Positions 1 to 11,627 of a stretch of DNA of 64,000 bases are shown here, piece by piece. Source of the stretch: Squalus acanthias (Eukaryota); assembly GCA_030390025.1 (NCBI GenBank), contig CM059432.1, positions 92,816,001 to 92,880,000 of the forward strand, in the 5' to 3' direction. A program made the position numbers and the translations under genes. Positions within the stretch are counted from its first letter, which is position 1. Every line of letters starts with the position of its first letter. The notes beneath the pieces were generated by a model, which was not told the DNA's origin, ran no database searches, and worked only from the letters and a program-made list of their open reading frames with translations.

Positions 1-1084
1 GGTTAGTGACTAAATACCGTATTACCCCTGTGAAGCACCACACAGACAAAAGCTTCCACCCACTTCTTTGTCTTCTTAATCCCAAGGGGTAATGCTCACC
101 CACTCTTAGCTTGTACCCTCCTTTTATGCTGATTCACCATAGTAACAGTGAAAGAAGATGATGAAGATGATGATGAAAAGGAGGAGAAAGGGAAATGCAA
201 GTACTTCCTCGTGGATTATGAGGATGACAAAGGTGACGATGATAATGAAGAAGGAAAGGAAATCAGATTCAAGCCCATCCATGAGTTTTTGCAATAGCCG
301 TCTGTCCCATATTTCCTTGCCACAACATCCTCGATCTCATTCCCTGCATCACCTGTCTTTTCGCTACCATGCACCAGCTCAGATACTTTCACCCAGGGGA
401 ATGAAATAGTGTTAGCGATGACGTGGCATCAATTGATTCACAGAGCACAGGGGAGCCAGAGGAGTAAGCAATGGGTGAGGATGTGCCATCTTCCTATTGG
501 AGGCTGAGAAGAAGACTGCCCATGGCTTTGGAGTTATAGGACTCAGAACTCATGGGTACGGACATGAAAGAAGGATGTTTGAAGAATATCACACCAACGT
601 GGAGACTCTCAAGTCAGTCTCTGAGGACGTGTGGCAACAATTTTCATTTGTGGCAACATCAGAGAAGCTTTTCCTTCATTGCAGACATCAGTGAAGTTTG
701 TGGCAGCTTTATTGGAATCTGCAGCAGACCCCCGCCGAAAAAGCGGCCAGGGACCAGTAAGTGCCTCCACCTCCACCGAATACAGACTGCTGCCCTCGTT
801 CCACTTCCATTAGTAGCTTCGTAAAATCCCCAATTCCTCTCCTCGACCCTGAAATTCCAAGTCCTGTGACTTGCTGCTAGAAGTGCAACACAGTGAGACA
901 CACCTGCCCTATATCCACAATGTGACCCCACCAGAAATTGCAGGGTCAACTCATTAGAATATTACTGGAAGGGACAAAGGCGTGAGTGCCAATTGGTGAG
1001 ATGCACCTGGGAGGCCAATAGGCACAGGAGGAATGGACTATTAGGTGCAAGTAGCAAGAGACTGGCTAGTACAGTGGCCAGAAC

Positions 1085-1180
1085 CAGATGGAATGAAGTG
1101 CACATATAGTAACTGGCAATTCACTAACCCCCAGGGTTCTTCTCAAATGCAGGATGAAGTTTAATAACCTCACAAGTTAA
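1085..1180 (+). pseudogene. Decayed Myb/SANT-like DNA-binding domain (Harbinger-type accessory gene remnant)
   Basis: Manual translation with one frameshift gives WNEV/HIVTGNSLTPRVLLKCRMKFNNLT, matching the W..V...V.......R....C.KKFNDL pattern of Myb/SANT-like domains. Confidence 0.5.
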
Positions 1181-2603
1181 GCAAAGCTAAGTGTTATGGC
1201 TGCAAGCTGACGTTAACATATTTTTTGCACATTTCAGACATCAGACATATATTTATCCGAAAAGTGCATTCACAAACCTAAGGCGAACATCCTGAGCACT
1301 AAATGAACTGTAGTGGCAGTTGCACATGGAAGACTTCAATTAAATGGATACAGCATGCTGCAATCCATGCATGGCCATTGATGCCTCAGTACTTCTGTAG
1401 GAATTGTATAAGAGAAGTGATGAGAATTAAATAGCCTGTGACTGACAATAACAAGACTTCAAGATTGCACACAATTCCCAAGAATGACAGAATAGAGGAG
1501 GGACAGCAAGAGAAGGAGGTAGAGCATTCTAAGAACTCACTCAGTTAATGCCGTATGGGGATAGAAGCATGAGAGGGCCTGCACCCATTGTTGGTTTGTA
1601 CTGACCAAGTGCTAATAAGATAAGAACATAAGAAATAGGAGCAGGAGTAGGCCATTCGGCCCTTCGAGCCTGCTCCACCATTCAATAAGATCATGGCTGA
1701 TCTTCTCCCTCAACTCCACCTTCCCGCACTATCCCCATATCCCTTGATCCCTTAATATCCAAAAATCTATCGATCTCTGTCTTGAATATACTCAACGACT
1801 GAGCATCCACAGCTCTCTGGGGTAGACAATTCCAAAGATTCACAACCCTTTGAGTGAAGAAATTTCTGCTCATCTCAGTCCTAAATGGCCAAGCATTTAT
1901 TCTGAGACTGTGACCCCTAGTTCTAGACTCCCCAGCCAGGGGAAACATCTGCCCAGCATCTACCCTGTCAAGCCCTTAAAGAATTTTATATGTTTCAATG
2001 AGATCACCTCTCATTCTTCTAAACTCCAGAGAATATAGGCCTAGTCTTCTCAATCTCTCCTCATAGGACAATCCTCCTATCCCAGGAATCAGTCTGGTGA
2101 ACCTTTGTTGCACTCCCTCTAAGGCAAGTATGTCCTTCGTTAGGTAAGGAGACCAAAACTGTACACAGTACTCCAGGTGTGGTCTCACCAGGGCCCTATA
2201 TAATTGCAGTAAGACGTCTTTACTCTTATACTCAAATCCTCTTGTAATAAAGGCCAACATACCATTTGCTTTCCTAATTGCTTGCTGTACCTGCATGTTA
2301 ACTTTCTGTGATTCGTGTACAAGGACACCCAAGTCCCTCTGAATACAAACATTTCCCAATCTCTCACCATTTAAAAAATATTCTGCTTTTCTATTTTTCC
2401 CACCAAAGTGGATAACTTCATATTTCTCCACATTATATTCCATCTGCCATGTTCTTGCCTACTCACTTAACCTGTCTATATCCCTTTGCAGCCTCTTTGC
2501 ATCCTCCTCACAACTTAGTGCCCATCTAGCTTTGTATTGTCAGCAAACTTGGGTACATTACACTCGGTCCCCTCATCTAAGTAATTGATATAGATTGTAA
2601 ATA

Positions 2604-4066
2604 TGCTGTACACCAGGTACATCGACGACATTTTCTTCCTTTGGACCCACGGCGAAGGATCACTGAAAGGACTACACGATAACATCAACAGGTTCCATCC
2701 CACCATCAAACTCACCATGGACTACTCCTCAGAATCGGTTTCATTCTTGGACACACGAATCTCCATCAAAGATGGACACCTCAGCACTTCACTCTACCGC
2801 AAGCCCACGGACAACCTCCCGATGCTCCACTTCTCCAGCTTCCACCCTAACCACGTTAAAGAAGCCATACCCTATGGACAAGCCCTGCGAATACACAGGA
2901 TCTGCTCAGACGAGGAGGAACGCGATGGACACCTACGGACGCTGAAAGACGCCCTCGTAAGAACGGGATATGACGCTCGACTCGTCGATCGACAGTTCCA
3001 ACGGGCCACAGCGAAAAATCGCATAGACCTCCTCAGAAGGCGAACACGGGACACAACCAACAGAGTACCCTACGTCGTCCAATACTTCCCCGGAGCGGAG
3101 AAACTAGGCCATGTTCTTCGCAGCCTTCAACATGTCATCAATGACGATGAACACCTCGCTAAGGCCATCCCCACGCCTCCACTACTCGCCTTCAAGCAGC
3201 CGCCTAACCTCAAAAGTACCATCGTTCGCAGCAAATTACCCAGCTGTCAGGAGAACAGCGACCACGACACCACACAACCCTGCCACGGCAACCTCTGCAA
3301 GACATGCCAGATCATCAACACAGATACCATCATCACACGTGAGGACACTACCCACCAGGTACAGGAAACTCTTTATTAACCGGCACCCAAATATCCGGAA
3401 AGCTCTCTTAACCGGCAAAATTCTTGAGTAGGTAACCGGGGTTTTCCTTCATCTCTCGTTTAAGATTAACTTTAAAAAAAACCCCGAGGTGTTTGCCTTG
3501 TATCGGAGCGTGTAGATTGGGAGGGTAGGCAGCCCGGGTAGGCAGCGGACACGACAAATGGTCAGCTGGCGGTCCCCGGGGAGACGGAGCTCCGAATGCA
3601 GGTGCATGTCAATGTGTATGGGGCTCTCGTACGTTGGTAGATATAACTCTCCGTTATCCGGACTTTTTGATAAACCGGCACCACGCCGGTCCCGTCGGTG
3701 CCGGTTAATAAAGAGTTTCCTGTACATGGTACATACTCATGTGACTCGGCCAACGTTGTCTACCTCATACGTTGCAGGAAAGGATGCACCGCAGCATGGT
3801 ACATCGGCGAGACCATGCAGACGCTGCGACAACGTATGAACGGACACCGCGCAACAATCGCCAGGCAGGATTGTTACCTCCCAGTCGGGGAACACTTCAG
3901 CAGTCAAGGACATTCAACCTCGGATCTGCGGGTAAGCGTTCTCCAAGGCGGCCTTCGAGACACACGACAACGCAAAATCATCGAGCAGAAACTGATAGCC
4001 AAGTTCCGCACCCATGAGGACGGCCTCAACCGGGATCTTGGTTTCATGTCACACTACATGATGTAG
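2604..4066 (+). pseudogene. Penelope RT + GIY-YIG endonuclease ORF interrupted by a MITE
   Basis: Removing 3362-3722 plus one TA joins ORF 2603-3379 to ORF 3698-4066 in frame (...THQV|HGTYSCDSANVVY...). Confidence 0.9.
3362..3722. mobile_element. Non-autonomous Tc1/mariner-superfamily (pogo/Tigger-like) MITE, 361 bp
   Basis: Perfect 26-bp TIR CAGGAAACTCTTTATTAACCGGCACC (3362-3387 and 3697-3722); TA duplication at 3360-3361 and 3723-3724. Confidence 0.93.
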
Positions 4067-4374
4067 AGTCATCCAGACTCGAGTCATCGTTGGCTTGTTC
4101 ACAGATGTGATTTCCAGTTTTTTTTAAAAAGTAAAAAGCTTAACCATACAGACTGCAGCATTTGACACGTTGGACCCCCTGTGACCCCACCTCATTGTCT
4201 TAGCTGTATTTTGCTGTGTCTTTTATGTAATGCCTTCCTGACTGACCTGATTGTATCTCTGCCGAGGTGTGATGGAGGGCAGTCAGAAGGATTTACTGTA
4301 GTCGTCTGACATTGTATGCTACACATTGTCCTCTGTCTATATATGCTTTGCTGATTTGTATTCCTTCACTTTAC

Positions 4375-4400
4375 CTGACGAAGGAGCAGCGCTCCGAAAG
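4375..4400 (+). ncRNA. Hammerhead-ribozyme-like core in the Penelope pseudo-LTR
   Basis: CTGACGA-A-GGAGC-agc-GCTCC-GAAA fits CUGANGA / stem II / GAAA. Stems I and III were not confidently assigned. Confidence 0.6.
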
Positions 4401-5230
4401 CTCGTGATTTCAAATAAAACTGTTGGACTATAACCTGGTGTTGTGCGACTTCTCATAGATTGTAAATAGTTGAGGGCCAAGCACTGATCCTTGCGGTACC
4501 CCACTAGTTACAGCCTGCCAATGTGAAAATGACCCGTTTATTCCTACTCTCTGTTTTCTGTCCGTTAACCAATCCTCAATCCATGCTAATATATTACCCC
4601 CAATCCCATGAGCCCTAATTTTGTGTAATAACCTCTTGTGTGGCACCTTATCGAGTGCTTTCTGAAAATTCAAATACACCACATCCACTGATTCCCCCTC
4701 ATCTATTCTGCTAGTTACAACCTCAAAAACTATAACAGATTTATCAAACACGATTTCCCTTTCAGAAATCCGTGTTGACTCATATTATGATCAAAGATTG
4801 GAAATGGTTTCTCTATTTTGAGCTCATACTCTGAGGAAACCTTACATAAGCCCAACAGGAAGGAAAATGTGGACAGCAGGAAACTTGCTGAATTTCTCTT
4901 TCTTCTTATCTCCGCAGACATCAAAAGCAAGAAAGATGTTGCAGAGAGAGAGAAGGAACCAATGCCTGAAACATTCAACATCTGGCACTTTCAGCAGAAA
5001 TTGACACACTCCACCGTGAATCCTCTCACTTGCACTCTCCAGCCCAATTCCTCATCAGGGTAATACAGATAGTCCAGATGAGGAATTGACATAGGGTGAT
5101 TCACAGCTCACAAAGGTGCCAGAGGTATTGGAGCAGGAGCATAATGTACCCGAGTGGAGGCTTAGGAGATGTTAGACCATGGCTGTTGATCTGGATGATG
5201 ATCTCAGGGGTTCTGCCAAGAAAAGACAAA

Positions 5231-6002
5231 GGGGGAGAAATTTGGTTGGTTAGCGCCTCCCGTTAGCGCCTGGGGGGGCGCTAACGGGGTGCTAAGGGGT
5301 TAGCAACCGGGCGCGGTGAATGCAGCGACACCCATGAACTTCAGTGCCGGTTTAGCGCTGGCGCTAACTCTTACCGGCACTAACTCTTACCTCCTGGGCC
5401 TCTAGAGCCTCACAGATCGTGACATCATAAAGTGCGCAGCGCCCCGTTAACACCCAGGATGTGAAATTGCTTCCCACCCCCTGCTGTATCGCCGGGCGTG
5501 AACAACGGCAGGAAGAGGAGGCATTGTCAACTCAGCTGGCTGCTTGGGGAGCACTAATTAAAGGGAATGGTTTTCAGCTAGGCCAACCTTTATTATTTAC
5601 ACCAGTCTGGTGCCTGCTCAAAGTTTTTTATGTTTCATTGCTGCAAGATGTCCAAGCCCTCCACTTTGTGAAAGTGTTTGGGGCTGTAATGGCAGTCGCG
5701 CAGGTCGCCTTGCAATGCAGAACTGCCGACAAGTAGGTTGTGCACCATCATTGGCCCTTCCCTTTAAGCAAGGGAAGCAGCCTCTGATGCCTTTAGCAAT
5801 GCGCTCCAACTTGTTCAGCGCTCTGCTGCTACCGCCCCGTTCTCAGACTTTAGCACCCTAAGAGAAGTAGTTAGCGCTTGATTTAGCGCTCCGCTTCCTT
5901 CTTGTAGCGCTAAAGCTGAATTTCCCGGCAGGAGAGAATCATTAGCGCCTGGCACTACTTTTTCTACTTTTCAGAAGTTAGCGCCCAAGGAATTTCTAGC
6001 CC
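5231..6002. mobile_element. Putative Harbinger-type non-autonomous DNA transposon
   Basis: Imperfect TIRs GGGGGAGAAATTT and rc GGGCTAGAAATTC; AAA on both flanks; TTAGCGC/GCGCTAA motifs clustered in both subterminal regions. Confidence 0.6.
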
Positions 6003-6678
6003 AAAGGTTGCAGAGCATCAGAAGACACTGCAAACAGTCTCTGAAGATGTATGGCAGATGCAGAGTCCCATACTATCCTTTGAAGTACTATCAGCGAAGG
6101 GCTTCTCTGCAGTGCAGAGAATTCAGGAATGAGTGGCGGTTCCAGGAACGAGGGCCGTGAAATTCGGCACCTCAGCATCGGATGATAAAGCCAGTTTTGG
6201 AGGAAAAATGGTGGCCACCTCGCTTCCATCCACTTCTGGCGGGTCCCGTGGTGATGCCGTTTTCGACGTCGCCAGTCCATTCAACGCCCTCTGCAAATCA
6301 TGAACAGCTGAACATGCGTTCAGTAGCAGGAAGGACCCCCATCAGCACTATTTAAAGGAATCAGGAACAATTTGCAGCTAACTTGCTTTTTGGTTTGTAC
6401 TGGCTGTATGTAAGTTTATGCTGGGCGGCAGCAGTCTGGCTTGGCTGGCTGACAGGCAGCAGCAAGGGAACTAGCGGAGTGGCAGTGGTGGAGGTAGGAA
6501 TGCTGTCATCTTGAAAGAAGACAGCAGGTTCTTGCTCCATGGAGCCACTGCCACTCCCCCAGGGCGGTGCCGCAGCATTCATAGCCATCTGTTGGAGCAC
6601 AGATTGCTCGACTGCTGTGAGACCCTGCAAGCCCCTTTCCACACTCATAAACCCAGCCACAATGGCAGCAATCTGATC

Positions 6679-6761
6679 TTGCGTGGCGGCAAGCTGAGAC
6701 TGCATAGAGCAGTCTGAGCTTGCGTGGCAGCAAGCTGAGACTGCAGGAGAGCAGTCTGCGC
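6679..6761. repeat. Tandem duplication of ~41-42 bp
   Basis: TTGCGTGGCRGCAAGCTGAGACTGCA..AGAGCAGTCTG occurs twice, at 6679-6719 and 6720-6761. Confidence 0.85.
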
Positions 6762-6884
6762 ATCCACTGCAGCACTGAGACATTGGGTCACTTCCGCTTG
6801 TGCTACAATGGAAGCTGCGAGATCACCCATCACACCCAGCATCATGGTTGGGTCCACAAGTGTCCCAAAGGAGTTGTCCATCAT

Positions 6885-7233
6885 GGGTATGGTAGCATAG
6901 TGGTTATGTTACTGGACTAGTAATCCAGAGGCCTGGATTAATGATCTGGATGGGACATGAGTTCAAATGCCCACCACAGCAACTAGGGAATTTGAATTCA
7001 GTTAATTAAATAAATCTGGAATTTAAAGCTAGTATCAGTAATGGTGACCATGAAACTGCCGGATTGTTGTAAAAACCCATCTGGTTCACTAATGGCCTTT
7101 AGAGAAGGAAATCTGCCGCCCTCACCTGGCCTACATGTGAGCCTTAACTGCCCCGTGAAATGACCTAGCAAGTCACTCAGTTGTATAAGGCGGCTCACCA
7201 CCACCTTCTCAAGGGCAATTAGGGGTGGGCAAT
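6885..7233 (+). mobile_element. tRNA-headed SINE-like element made of the 5' region and 3' tail of the LINE family at 33264-37226
   Basis: A box TAGCATAGTGG 6893-6903; anticodon arm CTGGA-CTAGTAA-TCCAG 6912-6928; B box GTTCAAATGC 6961-6970. 6885-7185 matches rc of 36917-37226, and 7186-7233 matches the LINE 3' tail (rc of ~61885-61935). Confidence 0.85.
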
Positions 7234-7843
7234 TGGTTTGCCATTGCACCAAGCATTTCTGTGTGCATCACCCTTCTTCTGAAGGCTGCCCCATCGAAGT
7301 TATCATCTGAGTCCTTATGCAGCAGAACTTGTGTGCGAACTCGCCCTCTGGGAAGCTGGCACCTGAGCTACCCTTTCCCCCTGGCTTGGTTGCAGCCCTC
7401 TTCTGCCCGGTGACTCACCACATGCAGATCCTGCCTCTATACTACCCTCCAAAGTCCGCACACTGCCATTTTCTGAGCTGGTGCCTGGGAGTGTCAGTTC
7501 AAGTGACGGTGCCTCCACAATGTTGGGGACAGGCTGTGCTGGTGGCAGTTCTTGGGTATCTGAAAGGAGAAAGGCACAAGGGTCAGGTTGTGGCGAGGGA
7601 TGGGGAGAAAAGCAAGATGTGCATGCTTACACCATCAGCAGCTTGTAAATGAGAAGAGATTGTGGGATGTGAGAAGAAGGATTAGGAATGAGCATGCTGT
7701 CATCATCAGCAATGCTTTCACCCTCGCCGCTCACCACGGCCTCAGTGACAACCCCTTCAATTATCTCCAGCACTGTGTCCTCCAGCTCCATGAGGTTGTG
7801 AAGTCTGCTGTGGTTCCCGACGGTTATGAACCACCTTTGCCTG

Positions 7844-10655
7844 CATAGAAACATAGAAGATAGGAGCAGGAGTAGGCCATTCGGCCCCTCGAGCCTGCTC
7901 CGCCATTCGATGAGATCATGGCTGATCATCCAAACTCAGTACCCTGTACCTGCCTTCTCCCCATATCCCTTGATACCTTTAGCTTTAAGAAATATATCTA
8001 ACTCATTCTTGAATATATTTAATGACTTGGCCTCAACTACCTTCTGTGGTAGAGAATTCCACAGGTTCACCACTCTCTGGGTGAAGAAATTCTTCCTCAT
8101 TCCTGTCCTAAATGGCTTATCCTTAGATTATGACCCCTGGTTCTGGACTCTACGACCATCGGGAACATTCTTCCTGCATCTAGTTTGTCCAGACCTGTCA
8201 GAATTTTATATGTTTCGATGAGATCCCCTCTCATTCTTCTATACTCCAGCGAGTATAAGCCTAATCAACCCAATCTCTCCTCATATATCATTCCTGCCAT
8301 CCCAGGTATCAGCCTTGTGAATCTTCGCTGAACTCCTTCCATGGCAAGAACATCCTTCCTCAGATAAGGCGACCAAAACTGCACACAGTACTCAAGGTGT
8401 GGTCTCACCAAGGCCCTGTACAACTGCAGCAGGACATCCCTGTTCCTATACTCAAACCCTTTTGCTATGAAGGCCAACATACCATTTGCCTTCTTCACCG
8501 CCTGCTGCACCTGCACGCTTACCTTCAGCGACTGATGCACAAGGACACCCAGGTCTCGTTGCACTTCCCCTTCTCCCAATCTATTGCCATTCAGATAATA
8601 GTCTGCCTTTCTGTTTTTGACACCAAAGTGGATAACCTCGCATTTATCCACGTTATATTGCATCTGCCACGCTTCTGCCCACTCACCCAACCTGTCCAAA
8701 TCATCCTGGAGTTTCTCAGCATCCTCCTCGCAGCACACACGCCCACCCAGCTTTGTGTCATCTGCAAACTTGGAGATATTACATTTAGTTCCCTTATCTA
8801 GATCATTAATGTATATTGTGAATAGCTGGGGTCCAAGGACCAATCCCTGCGGTACCCCACTAGTCACTGCCTGCCACTCGGAAAAAGAACCATTAATTCC
8901 TACTCTCTGCTTTCTGTCCGCCAACCAGTTCTCTATCCAAGTCAATACCTTGCCCCCAATCCCATGTGCCTTAACTTTACACGCTAATCTCTTATGCGGG
9001 ACCTTATCGAAAGCCTTTTGAAAGTCCAAATACACCACATCTACTGGTTCTCCCTTATCTATTTTCCCAGTTACATCCTCAAAAAATTCCAGTAGATTAG
9101 TCAAGCACAATTTACCTTTTGTAAATCCATGTTGACTTTGTCCGATCCTGTCACTGTTTTTCAAGTGCTCAGCTATTACATCCTTTATAATGGACTCTAG
9201 CATCTTCCCCACTACCGATGTCAGGCTTACCGGTCTGTAATTCCCCGCTTTCTCTCTACCACCCTTTTTGAATAGTGGGGTAACATTAGCTACCCTCCAA
9301 TCCATGGGTACAGTTCCAGATTCCATCGAATGTTGGAAGATGATCAGCAATGCATCTACTATTTCTAGGGCCATTTCCTTAAGTACCCTAGGATGTAGAT
9401 TATCAGGCCCTGGGGATTTATCGGCCTTCAATCCCTTCAATTTCCCTAACACCATTTCCCTGCAAATACTGATTTCTTTCAGTTCCTCCCTTTCATCAGA
9501 CGCTATGTTCTCCAACATCTCTGGGAGGTTATTTGTGTCCTCCTTTGTGAAGACAGAACCAAAATATGTATTTAATTTGTCTGCCATTTCTTTGTTCCCC
9601 ATTATAACTTCCCCCGCTTCTGACTGCAAGGGACCTACACTTGATTTCACTAATCTTTTTCTCTTCACATATCTATAAAAGCTCTTACAGTCAGTTTTTA
9701 TGTTCCCTGCAAGCTGACTTTCATATTCTATTTTCCCCTTCTTAATTAATCCCTTTGTCCTCCTTTGTTGAATCCTAAACTGCTCCCAATCCTCAGGGTT
9801 ACCGCTTTTTCTGGCCAATTTATATGCCCTCTCCTTGGATCTTATGCTATCCCTAATTTCCCTTGTTAGCCACGGTTGAGTCACCCTTTTTGTTTTATTC
9901 TTATGCCACACTGGGATGAACAAATTCTGTAGTTCATCCATGCAGTCTTTGAAGGTTTGCCATTGCCTATCCACCGTCAACCCTTTGAGTGACATTCCCC
10001 AATCAATCCTACCCAATTCGCGCCTCATACCATCGTAGTTTCCTTTATTTAAATTCAGGACCCTAGTCTCTGATTCAACTACTTCACTCTCCATCCTAAT
10101 GAAGAATTCTATCATATTATGATCACTTTGACTCAAGGGGCCTCGTACAACAAGATTGCTAATTAATCCTTTCTCGTTACATAATACCCAGTCTAAGATT
10201 GCCTGATCTCTGGTTGGTTCCTCGACATATTGTTCCAGAAAACCATCCCGTAAACATTCTAGGAATTCCTCCTCCACAGTATTTTTACTAATTTGGTTAG
10301 CCCAATCTATATGTAAATTAAAGTCACCTATGATGACTGCTGTGCCCTTACTGCATGCTTCTCTAATTTCCCTTTTAATGCCGTCCCCAACCTCCGTATT
10401 ACTGTTTGGAGGTCTATATACCACTCCCACTAACGTTTTCTGCCCCTTGTTATTTCTCAGTTCTACCCATACAGATTCCACATCATCAGAGCTAATATCC
10501 TTCCTTTCAATTGTGTTAATCCCCTCTTTAACCAGCAATGCTACCGCACCTCCCTTTCTTTTTTGCCTATCTTTCCTAAATATTGAATACCCCTGGATGT
10601 TGAGTTCCCAGCCTTGGCCACCCTGGAGCCATGTTTCTGTAATCCCAATCAAATC
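7844..10655 (-). mobile_element. Young 5'-truncated CR1 LINE (APE+RT ORF2, 795-aa open stretch)
   Basis: ORF 8265-10652 with GITETWL, GDFN, SDH and FADD; (ATAGAAAC) tail at 7844; nearly identical to the copy at 57469-61716. Confidence 0.97.
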
Positions 10656-11461
10656 AAGAGAAAGGGAAGTGTTTCAGTGAATGTGGTGCAATGTGTTCGG
10701 GTTATGTGCCTGTCATGGTTGAATAGCTGGAAGTGTGTCCAAGGTGTGAGATGTGGGTGAGTCTTGCAGCAGTGGAAAGTATGTGAGAGTGAGGTGAAGT
10801 TGTGTGAGGTACGAGTCGTGATTGTCAGAGATTGTTGGTAGGTGAGAAATGGGAGTATTGTGCATTGAGTAGTGTGTGAGGCTCGTGATGCAGTTGGTGG
10901 GTATGGCACTTGAAGATGCATCCACTCGTGTGAGGTCATTAAACTTCTTGCTGCACTGAATCCAGGTCCTGGGAACAACACCCGCACAAATTTTGTGAGC
11001 TGCCTTTGAACGGGCGTGGGCACTTTGTGCTCCCCGCACCCGTGTTTACGCTTTATCCAATTTCAACCCCTAGTTCTTCTGTGGTGTTGCCACATGAGCT
11101 TGGCTTCCCGAGTTGCCTGCTGTTCCTCCTCTTCCTCCTTCAACAAATAAATCCCCATAGGGAAAAAACATTTTGCAATCTTCCACTTTATTTTTGGGAA
11201 ATTTTCTGAACAAGAAACAGTCTCAAGAGATACCTCCAAATGCACCTGGGAACCTGAAAAATAAAGTGGTAAATAATTTTTCACAAAGATCACTCCAAAG
11301 AATATTAATGATTCTCTTTGTAGCACAACAAAACACAGTGATTAGCCTTTAAAATACCAGCGTCGGCCTTCCTCAACTGCAGTTCTAAGATATCCCTGTT
11401 TTATAGAGGCGTATCTTAAATCAATGGATCATAGGCAGAAATGATGGAATTTAGAATGGAT

Positions 11462-11627
11462 GGGCCATGAAATTCTGTGGAGGTTCTATTGCGGGAGACT
11501 GACAGAACCCACAATCAATGGTGTAAATGGATGTTTTAAGTTGTTTACTTTGTTTCCCTGAGGTTCCGTCAGTTTCCCACCAGAGTTACAGTGTGACGCC
11601 GGTCGATACCCAAGGAATTTCAGGCCC
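11462..11627. mobile_element. Short foldback MITE-like element with Harbinger-like termini
   Basis: Ends GGGCCATGAAATTC and rc GGGCCTGAAATTCC; internal inverted pair GGAGACTGACAGAACC / GGTTCCGTCAGTTTCC; no clear TSD. Confidence 0.5.

Larger units (their letters stand above)
2604..4454 (+). mobile_element. Penelope-like retroelement (Neptune type), 5'-truncated, with 14-bp target-site duplication
   Basis: RT motif RYIDDIF, Cys-rich linker PCHGNLCKTC, GIY-YIG motifs NVVYLIRC..WYIGET; ATAGATTGTAAATA duplicated at 2590-2603 and 4455-4468. Confidence 0.93.
1615..4790 (-). mobile_element. 5'-truncated CR1 LINE (RT C-terminal part and 3' tail), split by a Penelope insertion at 2604-4454
   Basis: ORFs 1691-1948, 1976-2443 (RPHLEYCVQFWSP) and 4428-4751 (GVPQGSVLGP); (ATAAGAAC)n tail at ~1615-1635; the two halves join across a 14-bp duplication. 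Confidence 0.95.
6370..11040 (-). pseudogene. Multi-exon Harbinger-type Myb/SANT-like gene remnant, interrupted by a SINE and a CR1
   Basis: PRTWIQCSKKFNDLTRV (~10925-10975); next exon AKVVHNRREPQQT..LMELEDTVLEII after a TGCAG acceptor (~7841); acceptor CCTTTCTCCTTTCAG at ~7560; Ala/Gln-rich C-terminal part at 6370-6884. Confidence 0.65.

Noticed and set aside
120..300. Acidic reading frame EDDEDDDEKEEKG...DDDNEEG, and the ORF-track frame MMKMMMK
   Set aside because: Low-complexity GAT/GAA sequence. It could be a Harbinger transposase tail, but no diagnostic motif is present.
6885..6980. Functional tRNA-Thr gene
   Set aside because: Extended variable region, no clear acceptor stem or T-run terminator, and embedded in a repeated element; treated as a SINE head.
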